Assembly: GCA_019897865.1 (NCBI GenBank)
Contig: GCA_019897865.1_4532.1
Direction: 5' to 3' (one strand)
Length of the DNA stretch: 64,000 bases
Origin: a phage
Each line of letters begins with the position of its first letter. Position 1 is the stretch's first letter. The notes under the pieces were generated by a model. That model did not search any database. It saw only the letters and a program-made list of their open reading frames with translations, and was not told the origin of the DNA. Both the position numbers and the translations under genes were made by a program. Shown in pieces: positions 18,152 to 27,773 of the stretch.

Positions 18152-18757
18152 ATGCAACATAGTGTAGTAGTCAACATGCCGAACAGCGGAGATAAATCTT
18201 TTGGTGTCCCTGCTAAAAAAGTGTGGAAAGCCCATTTTCATCTTACTTTATCTAACGTTAGTTCTGAAGAGTTGATGAAAGCAGCTAAGATTATTGGTGC
18301 CAAATGCACAACAATTGATTTACATCGGGATACAAAGTCTCAACGTGATCGTATGTTAACAAAGTATCAAAGCGATCTCGACACTACTTTAATGTTGCAA
18401 TGTGTAGAAAAACTTGAGAATGCAGGTTTCAATGTTGTTCGTTACAAACTGGAACGAATGTTTAAACATGTTGCCTGTGTTCTTTTCATGGATCTAAGTA
18501 AAGAAAATTATGGAGAAGTTCACATTAAGACTTCAGCAAGTGATCCCGAAGTAGAAACAAACTTCTTCCGTATTTCTTCTAATGCTGAAGAAATTGATTA
18601 CCGATTTTATAATGCTCGCTTATATTCCGCAGAAGATAAGTTGCGTTTCAATGAAGCGTATGATATGCTCTTGAACAGTGGGATACAGATAAAAGGCTAC
18701 CACATAGAACAAGTTGTGGTAGACAGTAACTTAAATCTTGATGCGTGGTGGGCCTAA
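18152..18757 (+). CDS. hypothetical protein (first gene of Ter-like cluster)
   Basis: 201-aa ORF, GAGGAG RBS. Confidence 0.5.
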   Translation: MQHSVVVNMPNSGDKSFGVPAKKVWKAHFHLTLSNVSSEELMKAAKIIGAKCTTIDLHRDTKSQRDRMLTKYQSDLDTTLMLQCVEKLENAGFNVVRYKLERMFKHVACVLFMDLSKENYGEVHIKTSASDPEVETNFFRISSNAEEIDYRFYNARLYSAEDKLRFNEAYDMLLNSGIQIKGYHIEQVVVDSNLNLDAWWA

Positions 18758-18758
18758 T

Positions 18759-19415
18759 ATGACAATAAAACATATCTCTTTTGATGTATGGAACACTCTT
18801 ATTTCTGCCAATCAAAACTATGCAGATGCACGTACGCACACTATTGCGACATATGGTAGAATGTCTGAACGTGCCGCAAAAGAAGCATATAAAGATGCCA
18901 AAGAAATTATGGATAATGCTGCACTAAATGGGTGTGCAGAAGGTGTAGCATATGCATGGAATATGTTGGGAAGAAAAATAGGTTTAACCCCTGTAGAATC
19001 TGCACAAATGCGTTTTGAGTGTGAACAATGGTTTCTTAAATTTCCTCCACATATTGCTTTAGATTTGCCAGTTTGTTTGCTATACTTGTCTGGTAAATAT
19101 GATCTTAGTATTAAAAGCAATACTAATTTTATATCTGGGGATATTTTGCGTCGTGCTTGTATGTTCGATAGTTGGAATTGTTTTGAATTTATGCATTTTT
19201 CAGACGAACATCTGTTGTGTAAACCAGATCCTAGATTCTTTGTTAGGACCGCCACATATTCAAGCATTCCTTTGAAGGCTGAAGAGATTTTACATGTTGG
19301 GGACAGCGAAGAATTTGATGGTAAATGTGTTGACATAGGGATTAACTTCTGTCATATTAAGAACCCTAACGACTTACTAGAGAAACTTAAAAGAGGAGAA
19401 ATTGTAAATGCGTAA
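18759..19415 (+). CDS. HAD-superfamily hydrolase
   Basis: Motif I ISFDVWNTL, motif III CKPDPRFF, motif IV HVGDSEEFD. Confidence 0.6.
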   Translation: MTIKHISFDVWNTLISANQNYADARTHTIATYGRMSERAAKEAYKDAKEIMDNAALNGCAEGVAYAWNMLGRKIGLTPVESAQMRFECEQWFLKFPPHIALDLPVCLLYLSGKYDLSIKSNTNFISGDILRRACMFDSWNCFEFMHFSDEHLLCKPDPRFFVRTATYSSIPLKAEEILHVGDSEEFDGKCVDIGINFCHIKNPNDLLEKLKRGEIVNA

Positions 19416-20235
19416 TCAAATTCAAATTTTTGCAAATAAATTTGATGACCTGGAAACTGCTACTTTTGATATTAAAGATTATTCAAAATTGAAATTTGGT
19501 AGTAACCAGGCTGCGCGTCGTATGGGTAAAGAATTGGCACTTCAGTTTTTTGCTCAAGTGGCAATGAAACATATTGGGGAACAATTTGTTATCATCCCTT
19601 CTCCTTATAACCATGTGCATAATGCTGCAACAATGATGACAGATCATTTTATTAATTACTTTAATATGTTGCAAGCACAATATGATCAAGGTCGTTCAGC
19701 AGAACTGGATATTATTCATCGTAAAGTTAGCTATATCAACGATTATGGTTTCTTGGATAAAGCTAGTCGTAAGAAACTTATTGATGGGGATACATTCTAC
19801 TGCAACAAAGAATTCTGGGGTGATAAGAAGCTTGTGTTCATTGATGATGTAAATATCACCGGAACTCATGAAGACAAACTGATTGAGATCCTTGATGAAA
19901 ATCAAGTTAAAAATGATGTTTACTTCTTGTATTTTGCAAAATATGAAGGTAATCAAGCAGATACCGAAGCTAAACTGAATTTTAATTATATTAATACACC
20001 AGAAGCGTTTGTTAAAATGATTAATGAAGAACGTGATGCACAGTGCCTTGTTCGTCCTATTAAGTATCTTATGGGCCAAAATCACGAAGACTTCAAAATC
20101 ATTCTTAGCCAATTGCCACACTACTATGTAGAGCAACTTTTCTTTGGATGTTTGGGAGAAGGTTACAACCGAATTTCAAAGTATGCTGAAAACTTTGAAT
20201 TCTTGGATCGTTACACAAAACAACATGTTCTGTAA
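19408..20235 (+). CDS. type I phosphoribosyltransferase (PRTase)-like protein
   Basis: 275 aa; PRPP-binding-like motif KLVFIDDVNITGTH. Confidence 0.6.
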   Translation: MRNQIQIFANKFDDLETATFDIKDYSKLKFGSNQAARRMGKELALQFFAQVAMKHIGEQFVIIPSPYNHVHNAATMMTDHFINYFNMLQAQYDQGRSAELDIIHRKVSYINDYGFLDKASRKKLIDGDTFYCNKEFWGDKKLVFIDDVNITGTHEDKLIEILDENQVKNDVYFLYFAKYEGNQADTEAKLNFNYINTPEAFVKMINEERDAQCLVRPIKYLMGQNHEDFKIILSQLPHYYVEQLFFGCLGEGYNRISKYAENFEFLDRYTKQHVL

Positions 20236-20248
20236 TAAGGAGCTAAAA

Positions 20249-20722
20249 ATGCTTAAAATGAAAACAGGTAATCTTATTGATGCCGCTAAAGCAGGCGAAG
20301 TAACTGTTATTGCTCATTGTTGCAATTGTATGTGTAATATGGGAGCAGGAATTGCTCCGCAAATTAAACGAGCATTCCCTTATGCATATGCGGCAGATTT
20401 AGACACAATGGCTGGTGATCAAAGTAAGTTAGGTTCTTTTAGTTTAGGGGTGCCAGACGAACAATCGGACCCTTTGGTATATAATCTATACGGACAATAC
20501 CGTTACGGATACAATGCTAAAGGTCGTCAGTTGGACTATGATGCACTTTACGATGCACTAATAGCTATGGCTAATGATTTGCTTCTCCGTGACCAAAAAT
20601 GTAAGATCGGCTTACCTATGATTGGCGCTGGATATGCTGGAGGTAATTGGGCTATCATCCAAGTGATGATTGAAGAAACTTTAGTAAAAACAGGTCACGA
20701 TGTGACTATTTATAAACTTTAA
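20249..20722 (+). CDS. macro-domain protein (ADP-ribose binding/hydrolysing)
   Basis: Track ORF 20144..20722; ATG at 20249 preceded by AAGGAG; VTVIAHCCNCMCNMGAGIAPQI macro signature. Confidence 0.6.
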   Translation: MLKMKTGNLIDAAKAGEVTVIAHCCNCMCNMGAGIAPQIKRAFPYAYAADLDTMAGDQSKLGSFSLGVPDEQSDPLVYNLYGQYRYGYNAKGRQLDYDALYDALIAMANDLLLRDQKCKIGLPMIGAGYAGGNWAIIQVMIEETLVKTGHDVTIYKL

Positions 20723-20734
20723 GAGGAGATTAGT

Positions 20735-20956
20735 ATGGGTGTTTTTGCAGGTATTGTTGCAGTGGTAAGCTTTTTTGTTATTGCTTTTATGCTTAGTTTG
20801 ATTCCAGCTTGGTTACTGTTGCTGGCTTACAACTATGTTGCTGAAGTTATGGGTCATGCAGATATCACTGTCCCAGTAACCTTCTGGACCGTGGTTTGTG
20901 TTTCGTTTATTCTGGCGGTATTACGAGGAATCTTTTCCTCTCATTCAACAAAATAA
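20735..20956 (+). CDS. small integral membrane protein
   Basis: 73 aa, two hydrophobic helices, AGAGGAG RBS. Confidence 0.5.
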   Translation: MGVFAGIVAVVSFFVIAFMLSLIPAWLLLLAYNYVAEVMGHADITVPVTFWTVVCVSFILAVLRGIFSSHSTK

Positions 20957-20959
20957 GTG

Positions 20960-20987
20960 TTGACATAGTTCTTAAAAAGAGTAAGAT
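20960..20987 (+). promoter_or_regulatory. sigma70-like promoter TTGACA-N16-TAAGAT upstream of TerC
   Basis: -35 at 20960-20965, -10 at 20982-20987; followed by 8-bp stem-loop gcggggaa/ttccccgc at 21000-21018 in the 5' UTR. Confidence 0.5.
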
Positions 20988-21035
20988 ATATCACATGAAG
21001 CGGGGAATAGTTCCCCGCAAAGAGAGGAGAAAAGA

Positions 21036-22010
21036 ATGCAACTCGGTTTCCCAATTATTGATGTAGTTGTTTTAGTTGGTATTTTGGCATTGTCTATTGG
21101 TATCGATTTCTTTGGTCATAAAGAGAATAAAGAAATTGGAATTAAATCTGCTTTGCTTTGGTCTGTTTTTTGGATTGCTTTAGCTTTAGGATATTACGCA
21201 TTCATTTGGGTAGAGCATGGTAAAGAGTTTGCCGCACTTTTCCTAAGTGGATATGTGTTGGAAAAGAGTCTTTCTGTTGATAACCTAATGGTGTTCATGG
21301 CAATTTTTGCAAGCTTTGGAATTAAGAGCACACATCTCCAACATAAGATTTTACTTTGGGGGATTGCAGGAGCCATTGTCTTCCGAGGTATTTTTGTTGC
21401 AGCAGGGACCGCTTTGTTTAACCTTCATTGGTCGGTCCAAGTGTTGTTCGGTTTGATTGTAGCTTGGTCTGCCGTGGCTATCATCAAAGGTGGTGACGAA
21501 GAAGAGGATATTGATTACTCTAAGCATTGGGCTGTTCGTTTAGTAGGTAAAGTTCTGCCTGTGCACAATGCACTGGATGGTGAAAAGTTCATCACCATTA
21601 AGAATGGTATTAAATATGCAACTCCTGCTCTTCTTTGTGTGTTTGTTATTGAGCTTACAGATATTGTCTTCTCTTTTGATTCAGTTCCGGCTGTGATCGG
21701 TGTGACACAAGAACCTCTGCTAGTTTATTCTGCAATGCTGATGGCTGTTCTTGGTTTACGTGCACTTTTCTTTGTGTTAAGTGTAGCTGTGAAATATCTG
21801 GTTCACTTAGAGAAAGCTGTTGCTGTGGTTCTGGTGTTTGTTGGTGCTAAACTTATGTATCACCCGTTCGGTGAAACACTTCATGCCAAGTGGTCATTCC
21901 TCCCGCATGATATTTCCCCTAACGTAAGTCTGATGATTGTTCTAGGCACATTAGCTCTTGGTGTTATTGCAAGCTTTATCTTCCCTGAAAAAGAAGAAGC
22001 TGCTGTTTAA
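21036..22010 (+). CDS. TerC-family integral membrane protein
   Basis: 324 aa, multi-pass hydrophobic; TerC-type motifs including LEKSLSVDNL. Confidence 0.7.
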   Translation: MQLGFPIIDVVVLVGILALSIGIDFFGHKENKEIGIKSALLWSVFWIALALGYYAFIWVEHGKEFAALFLSGYVLEKSLSVDNLMVFMAIFASFGIKSTHLQHKILLWGIAGAIVFRGIFVAAGTALFNLHWSVQVLFGLIVAWSAVAIIKGGDEEEDIDYSKHWAVRLVGKVLPVHNALDGEKFITIKNGIKYATPALLCVFVIELTDIVFSFDSVPAVIGVTQEPLLVYSAMLMAVLGLRALFFVLSVAVKYLVHLEKAVAVVLVFVGAKLMYHPFGETLHAKWSFLPHDISPNVSLMIVLGTLALGVIASFIFPEKEEAAV

Positions 22011-22016
22011 TAGATG

Positions 22017-22041
22017 AGCCTCCTTCGGGAGGCTATTTTAT
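22017..22041 (+). terminator. Rho-independent terminator
   Basis: agcctcc ttcg ggaggct hairpin (UUCG tetraloop) followed by ATTTTAT. Confidence 0.7.
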
Positions 22042-22052
22042 AGGAGAGACTT

Positions 22053-22403
22053 ATGAATAATTTTGATGAAATTCAAGAACTTGTTTGGGATTTATCTGGT
22101 GATGTGGATTACGTTTTAGATTATCTTTCAAAAGTTTACCCTGGGGTAAGCGTTATGATCGTGACCAAAGATCCAATTAATTTGCCTCCTAATGTGGTAG
22201 CTTGTTGTGGGAGTGGTTCAGGGGCAGTGGAGCCTGTATCCCGTTGGGAATTAACTAAAGCTGTTTCAAAACGAAACGGTGAAGTTTTGAATATTGATAT
22301 CGAGCAAATATGGACTTCTCCAGCAGCTAAATGGAATGATCCGAATGGTTGGGACTTGTTCTTCTGGGATAATGAAACTGATGATGAGGTATTTTTAAAA
22401 TGA
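22053..22403 (+). CDS. hypothetical protein
   Basis: 116-aa ORF with AGGAGAG RBS. Confidence 0.5.
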   Translation: MNNFDEIQELVWDLSGDVDYVLDYLSKVYPGVSVMIVTKDPINLPPNVVACCGSGSGAVEPVSRWELTKAVSKRNGEVLNIDIEQIWTSPAAKWNDPNGWDLFFWDNETDDEVFLK

Positions 22404-22645
22404 AATACTTGTTGGTTGTGTTTGAAAATATTTGTTTTGCAATAGGGTTGTTTGTTGTAATTTTTGTATTGACAAGCGTAATCAACGGCAGTAAAGTGAG
22501 TTTATACCGAGATGGAGAGCAACTTTATTGCTTCTCTGGAGATTTCAAACACAGATGTATTAATAGCCAAAACGAGGAAAGCAAATATGAAAAAACTAGC
22601 CCTGATTTTAATTGGTTGTATCTTTTTAACAGCTTGCGAGGATGA
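22400..22645 (+). CDS. putative small membrane protein (overlaps lipoprotein gene; extent uncertain)
   Basis: 81-aa ORF with hydrophobic N-terminus; 3' end overlaps 22587..23024 by 59 nt. Confidence 0.3.
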   Translation: MKYLLVVFENICFAIGLFVVIFVLTSVINGSKVSLYRDGEQLYCFSGDFKHRCINSQNEESKYEKTSPDFNWLYLFNSLRG

Positions 22646-23024
22646 AACAAATCCTGCACAATACCAACAACCTCCTCAACAATACGCTCAACAAGGATCT
22701 GAAGGAGATACAACTATTATCAACAATGGTGGCGGTTCTAGTAGTAGCGGTGTTGGTGAGTTTGCTACAGGTATGTTGTTAGGGCATATGATGAGTGGCG
22801 GTAGTAATCGTAGCAGTGGGGATTATAACGATAACAGAACGATTATTAATAAGCATTATAATACACCTAAACCGAAAACTAATTTTTATGGTAAGCCTAA
22901 ACAAGAGATAAAAACTTATGAAAAGCCGAGACAAACTTTTAAAACAAATAGTAGCTATACAACTCGTAAATCTTACAATAGCCCTTTAAGTAAAAAGAGT
23001 TCATCTCGTAGCAAGCGACGTTAA
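22587..23024 (+). CDS. lipoprotein (signal peptidase II lipobox), Gly/Ser/Asn-rich
   Basis: MKKLALILIGCIFLTAC with L-T-A-C lipobox; track ORF 22512..23024 has internal ATG at 22587. Confidence 0.6.
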   Translation: MKKLALILIGCIFLTACEDETNPAQYQQPPQQYAQQGSEGDTTIINNGGGSSSSGVGEFATGMLLGHMMSGGSNRSSGDYNDNRTIINKHYNTPKPKTNFYGKPKQEIKTYEKPRQTFKTNSSYTTRKSYNSPLSKKSSSRSKRR

Positions 23025-23038
23025 TAAGGAGAAAAACA

Positions 23039-23632
23039 ATGACAATTTCTATTCGTACTTCCATTGTAGGTGTTAAAAGGTTGCCTAATGCTTTGCAAAT
23101 CACACGCGCTTTGAGGGATACATTCTCTGCTGTGGACGAGCATAAGATGCTTGATAATCTTTCAAATTGGCCCTATTTCCATTATTTTAAAAATGAAGAT
23201 GACGAGTTTATAGACGCTGTTTCTTATGGTTATGATTTCGGTAAGGAGGTTTCTGCTGAAGAATTTGTAGCTATGGTGTTCCCAAACGGTTTGCCTACTC
23301 GCAGTAAACGTAAAAAAGGACCAAAAAACAAGAAACGTGCTACTAATAAAGCTACCATTTTCTTTACTGATGGCACACAATATACGATTAAAGATTTTGA
23401 AGAGGTATCTTATACAGCAGGTGGGAATCTTTCTTTCTACACCATCAAAAAACAAAACTCTACGTTCAGCCATGTTTCTAACATGATTGAAATGTTAGTA
23501 GAAGATATTGAAAGCGTAGCTGTGTTAGGTATGCATAAAAGCTTTTTAATTACAAATATTTCAGATTTCAGTGCACGTTTATCTGGCCCTGATTTTGAAG
23601 CCACGACCACGCATTTCACTTTTAAGGTGTAA
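23039..23632 (+). CDS. hypothetical protein
   Basis: 197-aa ORF. Confidence 0.5.
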   Translation: MTISIRTSIVGVKRLPNALQITRALRDTFSAVDEHKMLDNLSNWPYFHYFKNEDDEFIDAVSYGYDFGKEVSAEEFVAMVFPNGLPTRSKRKKGPKNKKRATNKATIFFTDGTQYTIKDFEEVSYTAGGNLSFYTIKKQNSTFSHVSNMIEMLVEDIESVAVLGMHKSFLITNISDFSARLSGPDFEATTTHFTFKV

Positions 23633-23635
23633 GTT

Positions 23636-24226
23636 ATGTATACCGAGAGAGACTTGCAACTCTTGTGGTGGGAAGTGATGCAGGAAATAAAAGAAGATTT
23701 TCCTGTTTACTACAACATGTTACGTGAAGCAGGATATAAAGCTTGCGTTAGAAACAAAGTGAATAACTCTTTCGGTTGGTGCAACTACCGAGATAAAATT
23801 GTTGTTGTAAATTGGCACTTGCATAAGAACTCTACAAGAGATATGATCGTGGATACAATGAAGCACGAAATTGCTCATGCTATTGATGGTTGTATGGGTA
23901 AGTTTAGTCGGCACGGTGCTCATTGGCAAAAACTGGCAGCAGAATTAGGGGCAAACCCTAAAGCTACTTCCAAAGAGCCGTTGAACCATGAATATAAATA
24001 TGTTCTTGTTTTGGTGGATAGGTTTGCGACAAGATGTGTTAGAGGGTATAATCGTAAACCTAATCGCATGTATCCAGGTAAGCAACCTAATATGTGGTTA
24101 AAATCAGATAAAGAAGGAACAGAAGGAAAATTATGGTTGTATAAATGGGACGATTGGGTTAAAGTAGCTAAAGAATACGGTGTTTCACCATATATAAGAG
24201 ATGCAGAAGAGGAGAATGAAGAATGA
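23636..24226 (+). CDS. SprT-like zinc metalloprotease-domain protein
   Basis: 196 aa; HExxH motif in MKHEIAHAIDG. Confidence 0.45.
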   Translation: MYTERDLQLLWWEVMQEIKEDFPVYYNMLREAGYKACVRNKVNNSFGWCNYRDKIVVVNWHLHKNSTRDMIVDTMKHEIAHAIDGCMGKFSRHGAHWQKLAAELGANPKATSKEPLNHEYKYVLVLVDRFATRCVRGYNRKPNRMYPGKQPNMWLKSDKEGTEGKLWLYKWDDWVKVAKEYGVSPYIRDAEEENEE

Positions 24227-25335
24227 CAAGTCCGTTTTTAAAAGCAGCTACTGGTGGTCAGAAGAAGTCTGAAATGAGTGTATTCACTGCAACAACAGAT
24301 GCAAGTAAATCTGTATTTGCTCCAACCGTGTTAGATGCCAGTCCTGTTTATGCACCAGCCGCACCGCAAGAAGTCCCAGTTTTGCCTTCTATGACACGAC
24401 AAGAGATCGAAGAGATCGGGGCAGAGGCAGGAACAACCTTGCGTTCCTTGAATGCCGAGGTATTAAAACATCAACGTAGTAATCAAGGCGATCAGATGAG
24501 TGAACGACTCACAGCTTTGATTAAACAGGCAAAACAACTTGATCCAAACTCTATTAAACAAAGCAAAGGTATTACTAAACTCATTAAAAAAGTTATGGGT
24601 ATGAAAGAAGACCTGTTTGGGGAGTTTGATAATGTTAATAACCGTATTGAAGAGTTGGTAAAGAACCTTCAAATGGATATTCGCAAAGAAGAAGATTCCT
24701 TGGTATATCTTGAAAAGCTACATCAAGCTATTGGACAATATGCTGCAAGTTTGAACCGAGATATGCAGCTTCTAACAGCAACCTATGAAAAAGAAGAACA
24801 AGCTTTGGCTGCTCTTCCAAAAGATGCGGTAGAACAGCGACAAGCGATCCGAGATACCTTGGATCTTCTGGAGATTCGTATTGCGGATTTAAAAGCATTG
24901 CGCCTACTGTGTGTCCAAATGGGACCACGTGTGCAAGGTATGCAAAAAGTTTCTGCAAGCTTAATGCGATCTGCGCGTAACATAGTAAATAATGTTATTC
25001 CTGCTTACTCTGCTAACTTCTCAATGTATATTGAGAGCTTACGTCAAATGAAAGCCGCAGAGACACAGAATAACGTTCTTGATGAATTTAACCTGGCAAT
25101 TAAACTGGGTAGCGATCTTGCCACACAGAATCAGATCGAAGCAGCAGCACTGGCTAACCGTCAAGTGTTGGATATTGAAACTCTGCGTCACGATCAGGAA
25201 AACTTGGTCAAAATGTTGGAAGAAACTAACCGCATCAATACGGAAGCCCGTGCTGCCCGTGTTGATTACATCAATGAAGTTCAATCTCTCGAAGATGGGA
25301 TGGTTGACGCTGTTAAGAAGGGGTTGGGTAAATGA
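24223..25335 (+). CDS. TelA-like (toxic anion resistance) helical protein
   Basis: 370 aa, Ala/Pro-rich N-terminus then long helical region; size and context fit TelA/KlaA family. Confidence 0.4.
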   Translation: MTSPFLKAATGGQKKSEMSVFTATTDASKSVFAPTVLDASPVYAPAAPQEVPVLPSMTRQEIEEIGAEAGTTLRSLNAEVLKHQRSNQGDQMSERLTALIKQAKQLDPNSIKQSKGITKLIKKVMGMKEDLFGEFDNVNNRIEELVKNLQMDIRKEEDSLVYLEKLHQAIGQYAASLNRDMQLLTATYEKEEQALAALPKDAVEQRQAIRDTLDLLEIRIADLKALRLLCVQMGPRVQGMQKVSASLMRSARNIVNNVIPAYSANFSMYIESLRQMKAAETQNNVLDEFNLAIKLGSDLATQNQIEAAALANRQVLDIETLRHDQENLVKMLEETNRINTEARAARVDYINEVQSLEDGMVDAVKKGLGK

Positions 25336-25538
25336 GAATCCGTGTATACATGCTTGACGAACAAGCTGGAGAAATAGGTGTTCGTTATGACGAAGAGAAA
25401 CGCTTTGCCCCAATGACCCAGCTACAAACTCCAGATATTTTTGCAGCTTGTCGTGATGGATATATCTATGAAGGTTGTCGTAACTTTGGTAGATTTAAAG
25501 TTATTTCTGATGTGGACTTTAATGAGGAAGAAGAATGA
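25332..25538 (+). CDS. hypothetical small protein
   Basis: 68-aa ORF. Confidence 0.45.
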   Translation: MRIRVYMLDEQAGEIGVRYDEEKRFAPMTQLQTPDIFAACRDGYIYEGCRNFGRFKVISDVDFNEEEE

Positions 25539-25708
25539 AAACTTTACGAGTGAATATTGAAACTGCTTGGTGTGGATGCAATGAGGTTGTGGATATCGAA
25601 ATTGAAGATGATATGTCTCAAGAGGATATAGAAGATCTTGCACACGAAACCTTTCAGGACTATTGTAGCTATGGGTTTCATATTTTAGAGGAGAAAGAAG
25701 ATGCATAA
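25535..25708 (+). CDS. hypothetical small acidic protein (57 aa), not in ORF track
   Basis: ATG at 25535 after GAGGAAG; MKTLRVNIETAWCGCNEVVDIEIEDD... Confidence 0.4.
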   Translation: MKTLRVNIETAWCGCNEVVDIEIEDDMSQEDIEDLAHETFQDYCSYGFHILEEKEDA

Positions 25709-25898
25709 TCCAAAACCTGATACCATTACGTTGACTCGACAGGAACTGATCACAATCATTGAAGATGCTTTTATTGATGGTTGGAATACACAAGATAATG
25801 ATTGGGGTGGACCTGAAGCTTTTCTAGAACATCATAAAGCGTATGGAGAATTTTGTGAAACCACTGTAGCTCTTGATAATCTGAAGGAGGGTTTGTAA
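25701..25898 (+). CDS. hypothetical small protein
   Basis: 65-aa ORF. Confidence 0.45.
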   Translation: MHNPKPDTITLTRQELITIIEDAFIDGWNTQDNDWGGPEAFLEHHKAYGEFCETTVALDNLKEGL

Positions 25899-26461
25899 TG
25901 GGTTGTTTTAGCTTTTTGTGTAAGGAATCGGGCAAAGCTGCCCTTTCTACTTCTTTCGACGGATCACCTTGCTATCTCTTTCTTTTGAAGGATGGTGTTG
26001 TTATTGAAGAGATGTATGGCAACTATGATAGTTATGGTTGTGTTTTCTCTGGAAAGGAGGATGAAAATGGCGTTCGTGAACGGTTCGAATGGGCTATGGA
26101 TTGGGGTAAGGTTTGTGATTTAATGCATTCCTCGAATCCAAGGGACGGTATCGCTATGGTGCTGGAAGAGTATTTTACAGGTGAAATCCCTACAGAACAA
26201 TCTGACGGAGATCCTAACCAAGGTTGGGGTGATGGCGAAGAAGATCCAGATTGTTTTTTCAGCACAGAAAAGAATAAGTTTAAACGTGTTGACAACCCTT
26301 ATCACAAAGTGCATAATACTCTCATTGAAACAGAAGATGACAAGATGGAAATTGAAGAAGATGATCCTCTTGTAACACTTCCTATAAGTGAGTTACAAAA
26401 GATCACTAAGGAAGCTTACGATTTGGGCTTCAAAATTGGTAGAGGAGGTATGCGTGTTTAG
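25898..26461 (+). CDS. hypothetical acidic protein
   Basis: 187-aa ORF. Confidence 0.5.
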   Translation: MGCFSFLCKESGKAALSTSFDGSPCYLFLLKDGVVIEEMYGNYDSYGCVFSGKEDENGVRERFEWAMDWGKVCDLMHSSNPRDGIAMVLEEYFTGEIPTEQSDGDPNQGWGDGEEDPDCFFSTEKNKFKRVDNPYHKVHNTLIETEDDKMEIEEDDPLVTLPISELQKITKEAYDLGFKIGRGGMRV

Positions 26462-26732
26462 ATTCAATATTCAAGAAGAAAAGTGTCAGGATTTACCTAT
26501 TGCTTTCGAAGATCTTGGCATAGGGGACACATTCATGTATTATGATGCCTATGAAGACGCAGGGTTGGATACCTACCGTAACTTGGTGTTCATTAAAAAT
26601 TCCACAAACAGTGCGATCTGTATTAATGGATCACTAGCACAACGAGGCTATACTCATTGCATCCCACCAGATACAAATATGGTGGAAGTAGATTTAGAAG
26701 TTACCAATATTACACTTAAGAAGGAGAAATAA
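26454..26732 (+). CDS. small protein, paralog A of duplicated module
   Basis: GTG start 6 nt after AGGAGG; about 40 percent identical to 27754..28023 product (shared DLxxGDTFxY..A.E..GLD and EV.L.VT.ITLK). Confidence 0.5.
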   Translation: MFRFNIQEEKCQDLPIAFEDLGIGDTFMYYDAYEDAGLDTYRNLVFIKNSTNSAICINGSLAQRGYTHCIPPDTNMVEVDLEVTNITLKKEK

Positions 26733-26733
26733 T

Positions 26734-27528
26734 ATGTCCGAGAAAATCAGCCTGAAAAAACGTCAAGAAAACCTTGCTTTCTCTCTGAAAAAGAATAAGA
26801 ACCTGAACGAAGGTAAGATTGTTCTTCGTGTAGCATGTGCTCTAGATATTTCTGGTAGTATGCATGGTCTATATACTCGTGGGGTAGTGAGTGATTTTGT
26901 AGGTAAACTGCTTCCTTTTGGTATGCTGTTCGACGATAATGAACAAATTGACATGTGGGCCTTCAATACGAGTTCTCAAGAGCTTACTCCAGCAACAGCA
27001 GACGTTTACGATGACTACGTTGGTAAATGTATGCGTAATGTTCGTATCGGAGGTGGAACAAATTACGCCCCTGTAATGGCAGATATCTACGATGAGTATT
27101 TTGGCACTGTTACCAAATATGTTACCACTAAACAAGTGGTACAAGAGGAGGCTCCAAAGAAAGGCTTCTTTAATCGTCTGCTTGGTAAAACTGAAACAGT
27201 GTCTGTAGAGCGTGAAAAAGTTGTAGCTGTATCTGAACCAGGTGCTGACGTTACCCCTGGTGTTGTATTCTTCCAGACGGATGGTGAGAATGGTGATCCT
27301 AGTGCTGTTCGTCGTCTTATTGAAGAGAATAAGAATAAACCTATTTATTGGTTCATGGTTGGCGTTGGTAATGAGAAGTTTGGCTTCCTGAAAGAACTGG
27401 CAAATGCTTATGATAATGTTGGTTTTATTGGCATTAAAGATTTAGACTTGACAGATTCAGAGCTTTATGACAAACTCTTATCTGAAGAGTTCGGAGAGTG
27501 GGTTGTTAAAGTAGGTGCTAAAAAATGA
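26734..27528 (+). CDS. vWA-domain protein (TerF/TerY-like) with TerD-like N-terminal KISLKK motif
   Basis: 264 aa; MIDAS-like DISGSM; N-terminus MSEKISLKK mirrors TerD N-terminus. Confidence 0.55.
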   Translation: MSEKISLKKRQENLAFSLKKNKNLNEGKIVLRVACALDISGSMHGLYTRGVVSDFVGKLLPFGMLFDDNEQIDMWAFNTSSQELTPATADVYDDYVGKCMRNVRIGGGTNYAPVMADIYDEYFGTVTKYVTTKQVVQEEAPKKGFFNRLLGKTETVSVEREKVVAVSEPGADVTPGVVFFQTDGENGDPSAVRRLIEENKNKPIYWFMVGVGNEKFGFLKELANAYDNVGFIGIKDLDLTDSELYDKLLSEEFGEWVVKVGAKK

Positions 27529-27773
27529 TCGACGAGCTTGCCTCTCAAGTCATAGAAAATTATTGGCGCGAGAGAGAAGCTTTCATTATGCGCAGTCTCA
27601 AAGAGTATTTCATTGGGACTGTGCGAATGGAAGATATTGTAAGTAGAGTAGAGATTCATGTATGGCCTGATTATGAAGAATGGGTTGACAAAGAAAATGA
27701 AAATGCTATAATTCTTCGTATATACAAACCGGAGATAACATTAGGAGGAAGAAGTGTTAAACTTCGAAATTGA
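27525..27773 (+). CDS. hypothetical small protein
   Basis: 82-aa ORF. Confidence 0.4.
   Translation: MIDELASQVIENYWREREAFIMRSLKEYFIGTVRMEDIVSRVEIHVWPDYEEWVDKENENAIILRIYKPEITLGGRSVKLRN

Noticed and set aside
22400-22645. Whether the 81-aa ORF and the lipoprotein gene are both real given the 59-nt overlap
   Set aside because: Not fully rejected: the lipoprotein start at 22587 is well supported; the upstream ORF is kept at low confidence and may end earlier or be non-coding.
24463-25413. Minus-strand ORFs antisense to the TelA-like gene (24463-24672, 24728-24958, 24783-24983, 25039-25413)
   Set aside because: Shadow ORFs in the opposite strand of a well-supported operon.
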